Source: an uncultured Faecalibacterium sp.
GTDB lineage: Bacteria; Bacillota; Clostridia; Christensenellales; Aristaeellaceae
DNA: 64,000 nucleotides
Assembly (NCBI GenBank): GCA_964383815.1
Contig: CAYLIC010000003.1
Span: 3,606 to 67,605, forward strand
Direction of reading: 5' to 3'
A program made the position numbers and the translations under genes. The notes under the pieces were generated by a model that searched no databases, had not been told where the DNA came from, and saw only the letters and a list, made by a program, of their open reading frames with translations. Each line of letters begins with the position of its first letter. Within the stretch, counting starts at the first letter, position 1. Below are positions 37,799 through 47,333 of this stretch, one piece after another.

Positions 37799-38995
37799 TT
37801 ACTCGTTGGTATAGTTGTCGAAGTAGCCCTGGATGTACACAATGGGGGTGCCCTTGTCGCCAGAGCCGGAGGTCAGGTCGCACAGGGAGCCAATCAGGTC
37901 GGTCAGGCGGCGGGGTGTGGTGCCCTGGGCAGCCATTTTGCCCACCAGGCTGGAGCCGTCCTTCTTCTGGATGGCGCCCTTGATGGCGTCGCGCAGGGCC
38001 TCGCCGGACAGGCCGGCAAAGTCGTTATCCGCCAGGTACTTCAGCTTCAGCTCGTTGGGTGTGCCCTCCAGGCCGGGGGTGTAGGCGGGCGAAACCACCG
38101 GGTCAGCCAGCTCCCAAATCTTGCCCACAGGATCCTTGAAGGCGCCATCGCCGTAGACCATCACCTCAATGTGCTTGCCGGTGGCCTTCAGCAGCCGATC
38201 CTGAATGTCCTCCACCAGGTCCTGGCACTCCCGGGGGAAGAGCTTCACGGTGTTCTCGGTGGCCTTGTTGGAGCCCAGCAGGCCATAGCGGGCGTTGTAG
38301 CCGCTGCCGTTCACCGGGGCGGTCATAATCTCGTCCAGGCCGAAAATCCGCTCGCCGCCGGCGTCCTTCAAAAGGCGCTTGGTGCGCTGGCGGGTGTGAA
38401 TGTCGCAGTTGATAACGTTCTTGGTGTAGTTGAGGATGGTACGGCAGTCGTTGGCGAAGATGATTTCCACCTCCGCGCCACAGCTGCGAATCAGGTCGCC
38501 GTAGTATTCCACATAGTCAACGCCGGTGAAGGGATGCTTGATGGAGCCGAACATGGCGCGGTAGCGCTCCTCGGTCAGCACATCCTTATAGGGGTCAACG
38601 TTATGCTTGTCCATCAGATCCCAGTCGATGAGGTGATTGCCCACCTCGTCTGCCGGGTAGGACAGCATGAGCACCACCTTTTTGCAGCCCTTGGCGATAC
38701 CCCGCAGGCAGATGGCGAAACGGTTGCGGCTGAGAATGGGGAAGATGACGCCCACGGTTTCCCCGCCCAGCTTGGTGCGCACATCCTGTGCAATGTCCTC
38801 CACGGAGGCGTAATTGCCCTGGGAGCGGGCCACAATGGCCTCCGTCATGGCGACAACGTCCCTGTCCCTGGGGGTAATGCTGCCCTCGTCAATCGCGGCC
38901 TGAATGGAATCCACCACGATCTTAGCCAGGTCGTCGCCCTCACGGATGATGGGCGCGCGAACGCCCATGGATACAGTACCGATCATACGGCTCAT
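37799..38995 (-). CDS. CofE-like (F420-0:gamma-glutamyl ligase fold) protein, long paralogue
   Basis: 398 aa; MGVRAPIIREGDDLAKIVVDSIQAAIDEGSITPRDRDVVAMTEAIVARSQGNY. AGGAG is 7 nt before the ATG at 38995. Confidence 0.65.
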   Translation of the reverse strand: MSRMIGTVSMGVRAPIIREGDDLAKIVVDSIQAAIDEGSITPRDRDVVAMTEAIVARSQGNYASVEDIAQDVRTKLGGETVGVIFPILSRNRFAICLRGIAKGCKKVVLMLSYPADEVGNHLIDWDLMDKHNVDPYKDVLTEERYRAMFGSIKHPFTGVDYVEYYGDLIRSCGAEVEIIFANDCRTILNYTKNVINCDIHTRQRTKRLLKDAGGERIFGLDEIMTAPVNGSGYNARYGLLGSNKATENTVKLFPRECQDLVEDIQDRLLKATGKHIEVMVYGDGAFKDPVGKIWELADPVVSPAYTPGLEGTPNELKLKYLADNDFAGLSGEALRDAIKGAIQKKDGSSLVGKMAAQGTTPRRLTDLIGSLCDLTSGSGDKGTPIVYIQGYFDNYTNE

Positions 38996-39117
38996 GAAAA
39001 CACTCCTCATTTCTGTAAAAGGCGTAGCTGCAGCTGCAAGGTTCTTTTACTTCGATATTATACAGCATTTTTTCACTTTGGCAATGAGAAAAATTGTGCT
39101 TTGCGTGATTTTTTTTG

Positions 39118-39813
39118 TTATCGGCTGTAGTGCCCGGTGAGCACCTCGTTGATATAGGCATCCCGGTGGGGGAGGTTGGGGTCGTTGAGGGCGATGGCGG
39201 CGGCGGCCTGGTTGTCATAGGGCAGGGCGATGATGCTGAAGGTCAGGGGAGAGGGCGATGAAGTTTTTTCACCCTCCACCATCAGGGCGTGGGCCCGGCT
39301 GACACCCATGCTGTTGCCAATGCTGCCGGTGTTGATGATGTAGCCATCGTGCAGGGAGCGGACAAAGGGCCGGTGGCTGTCGGCAAAAATCACGCCGCCA
39401 AAGGCCTCGCCGTCCCTGCGGAAGGCCTGGGACAGGAGCGCCTTGTCATCATTCACCTGCATCAGGGGCATAACGGGCCTGCCGTGGAACAGCCGGAAGC
39501 GCACGCCGCCCAGGGTCACCTCCGCCTCTCTGGGAAGGCCGTTCAGCCAGGCCATGCGCTCCGGGCCCAGCTGGCTCCAGAAATAGCCGTCGGCGGCGAA
39601 TTGCCTGCCGCCAATGCCATAATCCCAGTTGCCGCCAAGGCACAGGGTGCAGTGCTGGCGCACCCAGTCGCAGGTTTCGGCATTGCTGGGGCCTTTGCCC
39701 ACAGCATCCCCCAGAAACCAGATTTCATCCGGCGCCAGGCTTTTCAGGTGCTTGTCCATGGCCTGGGTGGCAGGCAGGTTGCCGTGCAGGTCTGCCAGCA
39801 TAACGATTCTCAT
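39118..39813 (-). CDS. Metallophosphoesterase family protein (YfcE/PrpE-like)
   Basis: MRIVMLADLHGN...WFLGDAVGKGP...GNWD...HGRP...ADSH... Confidence 0.75.
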   Translation of the reverse strand: MRIVMLADLHGNLPATQAMDKHLKSLAPDEIWFLGDAVGKGPSNAETCDWVRQHCTLCLGGNWDYGIGGRQFAADGYFWSQLGPERMAWLNGLPREAEVTLGGVRFRLFHGRPVMPLMQVNDDKALLSQAFRRDGEAFGGVIFADSHRPFVRSLHDGYIINTGSIGNSMGVSRAHALMVEGEKTSSPSPLTFSIIALPYDNQAAAAIALNDPNLPHRDAYINEVLTGHYSR

Positions 39814-39823
39814 ACGCACTCCT

Positions 39824-40288
39824 TTACGCCGGATAAATCATGGTGTCCCCGGTGCAGTGGGCCAGCACCTGGCAGTAGGCTGCAGCCTCCGCCCTGGCGC
39901 CTGCCAGGTCGTGCTCCAGGTAATTGCCGCACTCAATCCTCTTCGCGCCGGGAATCTCGCCCTCAAACCGGGCGGCGAAGGCAAAGGCCTCCCGCACCAG
40001 GGCAATGGCGGCCTCCCGGGTGATGCTGTCGCGCAGAATCAGGTAAAAGCCGGTGCGGCAGCCCATGGGGCCAAAGTACACCACCTGGTCGGACAGCTCG
40101 CCGGAGCGGACATAGGTGGCAACCAGGTGCTCCAGGGTGTGCATGGCAGGCTGAGCCAGGTAGTCCCCCTGGTTGGGGAACTTCAGCCGCAGGTCGTAGG
40201 TTACGTCCTCACCGTCGATGCGGGAGATGTACATACCGGGGGTCAGCAGGTCGTGATTGATGGTGAAGGAGGCAATCTTACGCAGCAT
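39824..40288 (-). CDS. luxS: S-ribosylhomocysteine lyase
   Basis: MLRKIASFTINHDLLTPGMYISRID...MHTLEHLVATYVR...GPMGCRTGFY (HxxEH and Cys metal ligands). Confidence 0.9.
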   Translation of the reverse strand: MLRKIASFTINHDLLTPGMYISRIDGEDVTYDLRLKFPNQGDYLAQPAMHTLEHLVATYVRSGELSDQVVYFGPMGCRTGFYLILRDSITREAAIALVREAFAFAARFEGEIPGAKRIECGNYLEHDLAGARAEAAAYCQVLAHCTGDTMIYPA

Positions 40289-41660
40289 GAGCTTCATCCT
40301 TTCTGTTTGGGCAGCCCAGGCGATTGGCCAGGCGCTTGCTGACGAGGAGGTAGCAGGGCAGCAGGAACAGGTCGGCGGCAAACCAGGCGGCGGGGTTTGC
40401 CAGGCAGGCGCCGCTGAAGCCTATGACGGGCACCAGCAGAACAGCCACGGCGGAGCGGGCAATCATCTCTGCCACGCCTGCCAGCATGGCGGCCCGGGTG
40501 AACCCCATGCCCTGGATGGAAAAGCGCAGCAGGTTGACCATCAGCAGCAGGAAATACATGGAGGTGTTGATGGTGATGAACCGGTGGGCCAGGGAGATAA
40601 CCTGGGTTTCCTCCGGGCTGACGAAAAGGCCGATCAGCGCCGGGCCGAAGCGCCACGCCACAAGGAACACCACCACGGAGTACACGCCGCCCACAAGGAT
40701 TGCGCCCTTCAGGCCCTGGTGGATGCGGTGCACCTTGCGGGCGCCCACGTTTTGCCCGGCGAAGGTTGCCATGGCTGATGCCAGCGCCTCGAACACGCAG
40801 GCAAACAGGTTGCCCAGCTTGCCACAGGCGGCAACCGCCGCCACGGCAATGGTGCCCAGGCCGTTGATCGCCGTTTGGATAATCACGGAGCCAATGGCGG
40901 TGATGGAGTACTGCAGGCCCATGGGAATGCCCATGCCCACCAGCTGCCGGCACATTTCCGGGCGGAAGCGCCGGTCGTCCCGGGAGAGCTGCAGGATGGG
41001 GAAGCGCTTCACCATCACCAGCAGGCAGCCCAGGCCGGAAAGCAGCTGGCTGATCACCGTGGCAATGGCGGCGCCTGCCACGCCCATGTGCCCGTACAGG
41101 ATGAACACCACATCCAGCACAATGTTCACCAGGGCCGCCATGGCGATGAAGTACACGGGGGTCTTGCTATCGCCCAGGGAGCGGAGAATGCTGCTGCACA
41201 AGTTGTACAGAACGGTGACGGGAATCGCCAGGAAAATGGGCTGGATGTAGGCGGTAGCATCGGCGATGATGTCCTCCGGGGTGTTCAGCAGGCGGAGCAT
41301 CCACGGGCACAACAGCCCGGTGACCACGGCCAGCACCACGCTGAGCACCGCGCTGACGTATGCGGCGTTTGCCACAAAGCGGCGCAGCTCGGTTTCATCC
41401 TGGGAGCCGAAGGCCTGGGCGATGGGAATGGCAAAGCCGGAGCATATGCCTATGCAGAACCCCAGAATGAGGAAGTTGATCGCGCCGGTGGAGCCGACAG
41501 CCGCCAGCGCATTGGCGCCGAGAAAGCGGCCCACAATGGCGGTATCCACAAAATTGTACAGCTGTTGAAACAGAAAGCCAAACAGCAGCGGAACGGTGAA
41601 GCCCAGCACCAGCCGGATGGGCGAGCCCTGGGTGAGATCCTTCACATTAGAACGAGGCAT
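40278..41660 (-). CDS. MATE family efflux transporter
   Basis: LTQGSPIRLVLGFTVPLLFGFLFQQLYNFVDTAIVGRFLG; 12 TM helices. The start is moderately uncertain. Confidence 0.85.
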   Translation of the reverse strand: MPRSNVKDLTQGSPIRLVLGFTVPLLFGFLFQQLYNFVDTAIVGRFLGANALAAVGSTGAINFLILGFCIGICSGFAIPIAQAFGSQDETELRRFVANAAYVSAVLSVVLAVVTGLLCPWMLRLLNTPEDIIADATAYIQPIFLAIPVTVLYNLCSSILRSLGDSKTPVYFIAMAALVNIVLDVVFILYGHMGVAGAAIATVISQLLSGLGCLLVMVKRFPILQLSRDDRRFRPEMCRQLVGMGIPMGLQYSITAIGSVIIQTAINGLGTIAVAAVAACGKLGNLFACVFEALASAMATFAGQNVGARKVHRIHQGLKGAILVGGVYSVVVFLVAWRFGPALIGLFVSPEETQVISLAHRFITINTSMYFLLLMVNLLRFSIQGMGFTRAAMLAGVAEMIARSAVAVLLVPVIGFSGACLANPAAWFAADLFLLPCYLLVSKRLANRLGCPNRKDEAHAA

Positions 41661-41774
41661 ACGGTGTTTTATCCTTTCGCAGCAAAAGTTTCTTCGTTCC
41701 CTGTATAGCACAGTTCAGGCCGTTTGGCAAGCGGTCAGATTTGGGCAAAAAGCGTGGAAAATGCACAGGTTGCG

Positions 41775-43241
41775 CTAGGCCAGGGGCAGCTCGAACCAGA
41801 AGGTGGAGCCTTCACCCTCCCGGCTGGTGACACCATAGGGTGCATGGTGCTGCTCCAGAATCCCCTGGACGATGGAAAGCCCCAGTCCACTGCCGATGAT
41901 GGCCCGCCTGTGGGTGTCGTGGGTGCGGTAGTACCGGTGCCAGATCAGGGGCAGCTCCTCCTGGGGGATGCCCTTGCCCGTGTCGCGGATGCTGATGCGC
42001 ACACGGCCTGCCACCCGCTGCTGGGTGACAAACACCTGCTTGCTTTCGCCGGTGTAGGTCAGCGCATTGCCAATCAGGTTGTATGCCACCTGACCAATGC
42101 GCCCTTCATCGGCAGAAACGGTGAAGTGCTCCTCCGGTGCAAAGGTTACCTGGTAACCATCGGATGCCACCAGCTTGCCAATGCGCTGGATGATGCTCTC
42201 CAGTGCGGCTGTCAGGTCGAAGGTGGCGATGGTCATGGGCAGGGAGCCGGCCTGGAGCCGGGAGAAATCCAGCACCTCGCCCACCAGGGAGGACAGGCGG
42301 GCGGTTTCGTCAATGATGATCTGCATATTCTCCGGGGTGTTCTCCCCGGGCAGGTCCCGCATGACCTCCGCATAGCCGCCAATCATGGTCAGGGGCGTGC
42401 GGAGATCGTGGCTGATGTTGGCAATCAGCTCATGCTGCAGGCGCTCCACCTGGCTCAGCTCCTCCGCGGCCCGGGCCAGGGTGGTGTTCAGCTCCGCCAT
42501 TTCCCGGTAGTTTCCGCCGTGCCTGGGCGGTGCGTATTCGCCGTGGGCCAGCGCCTTGGCGGCCTGGTTGGTTTCAATAATGGGGCGGGACACGTTGCGT
42601 GAAATCAGCGCCGCCAGGCCCAGGGCGCCCAGCAGCACCACCACAGTAATCAGCATCAGCTGGGAGCGCAGGGTGGTAACGGTGGCATCCAGCGGGGTAA
42701 TGATGGTGTTCAGCAGCAGGTAGCCGGTGCCGCCCTGGGGCAGGGTGATGCGCCGGGTGTACAAAAGGCTCTGCTGGGGGGTCTCCTGCATGGGCGGCAC
42801 CATGCCAACAAAGCGCCGTGCGTTGTAGGCATCGTTGCGGTACAGCTGCACAATAAACTGCTCCAGCAGGGCGGAGCCATCCTCCGGCGCCCGCTCGCAC
42901 CACCAGCTCAGGTCGCGGATGTCCATCCGGTGGATAAGGCAAAACTGGGTGTCCTCGCTGGAGAGCACCGGGCGATACTTGCCATCCAGCACCAGGATGC
43001 ACACATCGTTTTGCTTGGCAAGCTGGTCGGCAAGCACCTTCACTTCACTATTGTCCAGGTTGTCCAGCACGGCGCTGGCGGCGGCGGAAACCTGGTTTGT
43101 CTTGTAATAACGGTAGAAATCGTCCAACCAGACGATTTGGAAGAGCCACATGGTGCCAATCACAAACGCAACAAAGAGCACCAGATAGAGCATGATGCGG
43201 CTTCTGATGCCCACTTTGCTGCCGGATTCATTCTTTCTCAA
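41775..43241 (-). CDS. Sensor histidine kinase (2 TM, HAMP, HisKA, HATPase_c)
   Basis: ELIANISHDLRTPLT (H-box)...YNLIGNALTYT (N-box)...DTGKGI...GSGLGLSIV (G-boxes). Confidence 0.9.
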   Translation of the reverse strand: MRKNESGSKVGIRSRIMLYLVLFVAFVIGTMWLFQIVWLDDFYRYYKTNQVSAAASAVLDNLDNSEVKVLADQLAKQNDVCILVLDGKYRPVLSSEDTQFCLIHRMDIRDLSWWCERAPEDGSALLEQFIVQLYRNDAYNARRFVGMVPPMQETPQQSLLYTRRITLPQGGTGYLLLNTIITPLDATVTTLRSQLMLITVVVLLGALGLAALISRNVSRPIIETNQAAKALAHGEYAPPRHGGNYREMAELNTTLARAAEELSQVERLQHELIANISHDLRTPLTMIGGYAEVMRDLPGENTPENMQIIIDETARLSSLVGEVLDFSRLQAGSLPMTIATFDLTAALESIIQRIGKLVASDGYQVTFAPEEHFTVSADEGRIGQVAYNLIGNALTYTGESKQVFVTQQRVAGRVRISIRDTGKGIPQEELPLIWHRYYRTHDTHRRAIIGSGLGLSIVQGILEQHHAPYGVTSREGEGSTFWFELPLA

Positions 43242-43896
43242 AGCGGTATCCCACTCCTCTGAGGGTGGTAATCAGCCCGGCGCTGTCGCCCAGCTGGCGG
43301 CGCAGGAGCTTGATGTGGGTGTCCAGAGTGCGGTCGTCACCGAAGAAGTCGTAGCCCCAGACCTTGCTGATCAGCGTTTCCCTGGTTAGGGCAATGCCCC
43401 GGTTGCGGACCATGAAGAAGAGCAGGTCGTACTCCTTGGGGCTCAGGTCCAGGGGCTGTCCCTTCAGGGTGACCCGGCGGGCGGTGAAGTCCACCGCCAA
43501 ATCGCCCAGGATAACGGTGTCGCTTTCCGGGGCGGCGGCGCCGCAGCGCTTGAGGATGGCGCCCACGCGCATCATCAGCTCCTTGGGGGAAAAGGGCTTG
43601 ACCACATAGTCGTCAATGCCCAGCTCGAAGCCGTGAATCCTGTCGTATTCCTCACCCCGGGCGGAGAGCATCAGCATGGGCACCTGGCTGGTCTTGCGTA
43701 TCTCCCTGCAGGCGGAAAAGCCGTCCAGCTCCGGCATCATAATGTCCATGATAACCAGGTCGTACGGCTGGCGGCGGCACAGATCCACGGCCTCCATGCC
43801 ATTGGTGGCTTCCTCCACCTCATAGCCTTCAAACACCGCGTATTTGCGTATCAGCCCGCGAATCTTCTGCTCATCGTCCACAATCAGCAGTTTCAT
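43228..43896 (-). CDS. OmpR-family response regulator
   Basis: MKLLIVDDEQKI...DLVIMDIMMPELDG...KPF...winged-helix LTPKEYDLLFFM...GVGYRF. Confidence 0.9.
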   Translation of the reverse strand: MKLLIVDDEQKIRGLIRKYAVFEGYEVEEATNGMEAVDLCRRQPYDLVIMDIMMPELDGFSACREIRKTSQVPMLMLSARGEEYDRIHGFELGIDDYVVKPFSPKELMMRVGAILKRCGAAAPESDTVILGDLAVDFTARRVTLKGQPLDLSPKEYDLLFFMVRNRGIALTRETLISKVWGYDFFGDDRTLDTHIKLLRRQLGDSAGLITTLRGVGYRFEKE

Positions 43897-43950
43897 AGCA
43901 TCACCTCAAAAGAGAGTATATCACATCTGGCAGCATTTGCCCAGGGAAAA

Positions 43951-44304
43951 TCAATGCAGGCGCAGCTGCAGGGTTGCTGTTTCCTCCTCGCTCCGGCGAA
44001 CCTCCAGGCACATCTGCCTTTGGGCCTTGGCAAGCAGCGCCTCCAGCTGGAGGATGTCCGCCACACGGGTTCCATCGGCCCGGAGCAGCACATCCCCCGG
44101 GCGGATACCTGCCCGGTCTGCCGGGCTGCTGTCCTGTACAGCCAGCACGGAAATGCCCTCCTCGCCGTCCAGCAGCATCAGCCCGAGGGCAGCCATGCGG
44201 GTGGCGCTTTCCGCAGGCTCTGGGGCAAAAGGATGATGGCAGAGGATAGCGCCGCCAGCCAGCAGGCAAAGGGCCAGCAGAAGAACAATCAGCCTGCGTT
44301 GCAT
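43951..44304 (-). CDS. Small membrane-anchored PDZ-domain protein
   Basis: 117 aa; TM helix MQRRLIVLLLALCLLAGGAIL, then GISVLAVQDSSPADRAGIRPGDVLLRADGTRV (PDZ core). Confidence 0.7.
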   Translation of the reverse strand: MQRRLIVLLLALCLLAGGAILCHHPFAPEPAESATRMAALGLMLLDGEEGISVLAVQDSSPADRAGIRPGDVLLRADGTRVADILQLEALLAKAQRQMCLEVRRSEEETATLQLRLH

Positions 44305-44421
44305 GGGTGCTCCCTCCTTTTTCCGCTATCCTAACCGCCAATGGTGACGGGTGTATGAACCTGGCTTGAATGGAAAATGAAATCGTGCTATACTGGGCCA
44401 TATCCTGCCGAAGGAGGGGTG

Positions 44422-45159
44422 ATGATGGCAAAGCGTGACAGGCTGGCGGGCAACACGGCAACCGGCTGGCTGAAGCTGATTGCCCTGGTGTTCATGTTCT
44501 GCGACCACGCGGGGAAGATGCTCCTGCCCGGCGTGCCGGAGATGCGCGTGCTGGGGCGCGTGGCCTTTCCGCTGTATTGCTGGTGCATGGTGGTGGGCTT
44601 CCACTACACACGCAGCGTGCCCAGGTATATCCTGCGGGTGCTGGCGGTGGGAATCATCTCCCAGCCGCTGTACAAGCTGGCCCTGAACCACACCTGGAAG
44701 GAACCGAACATTTTCCTCACCCTGGCGCTGGCCCTGTGCGCCCTGTGGGGCATGCGGGAGAGGAAGCTCCTCAGCCACATCTGGGCACCGGCGCTGGCCC
44801 TGATGGCCGCTGTGCTGCTGAACTGCGACTATGGCTGGAAAGGTGTGCTGCTGGTGCTGCTGCTGTATGGCGCACGGCACAGCCGGAGCACCCTGGCGGC
44901 GGTGATGGTGGCCTTCTGCCTGTACTGGGGCACTGGCTCCGGCCTGGTGACGGATTTCTTCGGTATCCCGCTGAACGTGGTGCCTGCACCCTTCAGCCAG
45001 CTGACATCGCCCTTTTTGCGCACGCAGGCCATGGCGATTCTCGCCTTGCCGCTGATGCTGTGCACCTTCCCCAGGGATGTGAAGCTGCCGGCCTGGGTCA
45101 GCTATGGGATTTATCCGGCGCACCTGGTGCTGCTGTACGCCCTGGAGCAGTTTTTTTGA
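44422..45159 (+). CDS. TraX family membrane protein
   Basis: GWLKLIALVFMFCDHAGKMLLP...LGRVAFPLYCWCMVVGFHYTRS. AGGAGG SD. Confidence 0.8.
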   Translation: MMAKRDRLAGNTATGWLKLIALVFMFCDHAGKMLLPGVPEMRVLGRVAFPLYCWCMVVGFHYTRSVPRYILRVLAVGIISQPLYKLALNHTWKEPNIFLTLALALCALWGMRERKLLSHIWAPALALMAAVLLNCDYGWKGVLLVLLLYGARHSRSTLAAVMVAFCLYWGTGSGLVTDFFGIPLNVVPAPFSQLTSPFLRTQAMAILALPLMLCTFPRDVKLPAWVSYGIYPAHLVLLYALEQFF

Positions 45160-45248
45160 GCGCCTGCGGTTTTTTGGCTGTATTTTTGTTGTCCGCCGGG
45201 TCAAAATGAACTATAATGTAGAATCATCACGGAGCAAGGAGCGGGAGT

Positions 45249-46085
45249 ATGCGCTTTACGAAGATGCAGGGCATCGGCAACGATTACATTTATGTTAACT
45301 GTTTTGAGGAAACCGTCCGGGATCCGGGGGCACTGGCTGTGCGCATGAGCAGGCCGCATTTCGGCGTGGGCAGCGATGGTCTTGTGCTGATTGAGCCCAG
45401 CGATGTGGCGGATTTCGGCATGCGAATCTTCAACAGCGATGGCAGCGAAAGCGAAATGTGCGGCAATGCCATCCGCTGCATTGGCAAATATGTGTACGAG
45501 CGGGGACTGACCGACAAGACGGAAATCAGCGTGATGACCGGCGCCGGGCTGAAGCTGCTTGCCCTCCACGCCCGCGGCGGCAAGGTGCACGCCGTGCGGG
45601 TGGACATGGGCACGCCGGAGCTGAACCCGCGCCTGGTGCCTGTGGACTTGCCCGGGGAAATCATCCTGGGCCACCGGCTGGAGGTGGGCGGCATGGTGTA
45701 CCCCATCCACTGCGTGTCCATGGGCAATCCCCATTGCGTGATTTTTGTCAGCGACCCGGACGATGTGGATTTGCAGAGCGTTGGCCCCATGATTGAGAAC
45801 CACCGGGTTTTCCCCAACAGGACGAATGTGGAGTTTGTGTCCATCAAGGACAGGCATCACCTGCGCATGCGGGTGTGGGAGCGGGGCGCAGGCGAAACCA
45901 TGGCCTGCGGCACCGGCTCCTGTGCGGCGCTGGTGGCCTCGGTGCTGACGGGCAAATGCGACCGCAGCGCGGAGATTAGGCTCAACGGCGGCGTGCTGCA
46001 GATCGACTGGTCTGCCGCGGACAACCATGTGTACATGGAAGGCCCGGCGGAGTTTGTATTCGATGGCCTGTGGCCCGACGAGTAA
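45249..46085 (+). CDS. dapF: Diaminopimelate epimerase
   Basis: [16 protein letters not shown]...[12 protein letters not shown]...[11 protein letters not shown] (two catalytic Cys). Confidence 0.92.
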   Translation: MRFTKMQGIGNDYIYVNCFEETVRDPGALAVRMSRPHFGVGSDGLVLIEPSDVADFGMRIFNSDGSESEMCGNAIRCIGKYVYERGLTDKTEISVMTGAGLKLLALHARGGKVHAVRVDMGTPELNPRLVPVDLPGEIILGHRLEVGGMVYPIHCVSMGNPHCVIFVSDPDDVDLQSVGPMIENHRVFPNRTNVEFVSIKDRHHLRMRVWERGAGETMACGTGSCAALVASVLTGKCDRSAEIRLNGGVLQIDWSAADNHVYMEGPAEFVFDGLWPDE

Positions 46086-46098
46086 GGAGGAAAAAGCT

Positions 46099-47331
46099 GT
46101 GTTTCATGTAAACGACCATTTTCAGAAGCTGCCTGGCTCCTACCTCTTTGCGGAGATTGCCCGCCGGGTGAAGGCCTATCAGGAGGCAAACCCGGAGGCG
46201 GACATTATCCGCCTGGGTATTGGGGATGTGACCAAGCCGCTGGTGCCTGCGGTGATTGAGGCCATGCACAGGGCCGTGGACGAAATGGGCCGCCAGGAAA
46301 CCTTCAGGGGTTATGGGCCGGACTTTGGCTATGACTTTCTGGTCAACGCTATCCGCGAAGGCGACTATGCTCAGCGGGGCATTGACATCGCCTATGACGA
46401 GGTGTTCATTTCCGATGGTGCCAAGAGCGACGTGGGCAACATTCAGGAGCTGTTCAGCCAGGATGCTGTCATCGCTGTGACCGACCCGGTATACCCTGTG
46501 TATGTGGACAGCAATGCCATGGCGGGCCGGGCGGGCGACTATGTGGGCGACCGGTGGAACCGGCTGGTGTACCTGCCCTGCAATGCGGAAAACGGCTTTG
46601 TGCCGCCCCTGCCGGACAGGCCCGTGGATGTGATTTACCTCTGCTATCCCAACAACCCCACCGGCACCGTGCTGAACAAGCTGCAGCTGAAGCGCTTTGT
46701 GGACTGGGCGAAGGAGCATGGCGCCATCATCATCTACGATGCGGCGTACCGGGCCTTCATCACCACGCCGGATGTGCCCCTGAGCATCTACGAGGTGGAG
46801 GGCGCCAGGGATGTGGCGATTGAGTGCTGCTCCTTCAGCAAAACGGCAGGCTTTACCGGCACGCGCTGCGCCTATACGGTTATCCCGCACACGGTGTGCG
46901 GCCTGGATGCCATGGGCGAAAAGGTGAGCCTGAACGCCATGTGGAAGCGCCGCATGGCCACCAAGTTCAACGGTGTGAGCTACCCCGTGCAGCGGGCTGC
47001 CGCCGCTGTGTACACCCCTGAGGGACAGGCGCAGATCAAGGCTGTTATCGCCAGCTATATGGAGAATGCCCGGGTCATCCGCGAAAGCCTGACGGAACAG
47101 GGCTTTACCGTCTTTGGCGGCACGGACGCGCCTTACATCTGGCTGAAGGTGCCAGAAGGCATGACCAGCTGGGCCTTCTTCGACCTGCTGCTGGACAAGT
47201 GCCACATTGTGGGCACGCCGGGCTCCGGCTTCGGGCCCAGCGGGGAAGGGTACTTCCGCTTAACGGCCTTCAACACCCTGGAGAAAACCAAGCAAGCCAT
47301 GGAGCGCCTGAGCAAGTTGAAGGAGGCTTGA
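46099..47331 (+). CDS. dapL: LL-diaminopimelate aminotransferase
   Basis: GTG start 8 nt after AAGGAGG; [48 protein letters not shown]...[16 protein letters not shown]. Confidence 0.85.
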   Translation: MFHVNDHFQKLPGSYLFAEIARRVKAYQEANPEADIIRLGIGDVTKPLVPAVIEAMHRAVDEMGRQETFRGYGPDFGYDFLVNAIREGDYAQRGIDIAYDEVFISDGAKSDVGNIQELFSQDAVIAVTDPVYPVYVDSNAMAGRAGDYVGDRWNRLVYLPCNAENGFVPPLPDRPVDVIYLCYPNNPTGTVLNKLQLKRFVDWAKEHGAIIIYDAAYRAFITTPDVPLSIYEVEGARDVAIECCSFSKTAGFTGTRCAYTVIPHTVCGLDAMGEKVSLNAMWKRRMATKFNGVSYPVQRAAAAVYTPEGQAQIKAVIASYMENARVIRESLTEQGFTVFGGTDAPYIWLKVPEGMTSWAFFDLLLDKCHIVGTPGSGFGPSGEGYFRLTAFNTLEKTKQAMERLSKLKEA

Positions 47332-47333
47332 AA

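Noticed and set aside
36895-38995. Calling the CofE-like pair a cofactor F420 biosynthesis locus
   Set aside because: No cofC/cofD/cofG/cofH/fbiC homologues or F420-dependent enzymes are in the window, so I only assert fold-level similarity. It is kept as a finding, not as an F420 annotation.
39824-41660. luxS overlapping a MATE exporter as a dedicated AI-2 quorum-sensing/export module
   Set aside because: The only evidence is adjacency and an 11-nt overlap. LuxS is primarily an activated-methyl-cycle enzyme, and no lsr-type receptor, kinase or regulator genes are present.
44326-45209. Overlapping ORFs 44326-45204 (-) and 44577-45209 (+) around traX
   Set aside because: The TraX frame (44422-45159) has the family motif FMFCDHAGK...GRVAFPLYCW and hydrophobic TM periodicity. 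The alternatives are R/P/G/H-rich with no SD.
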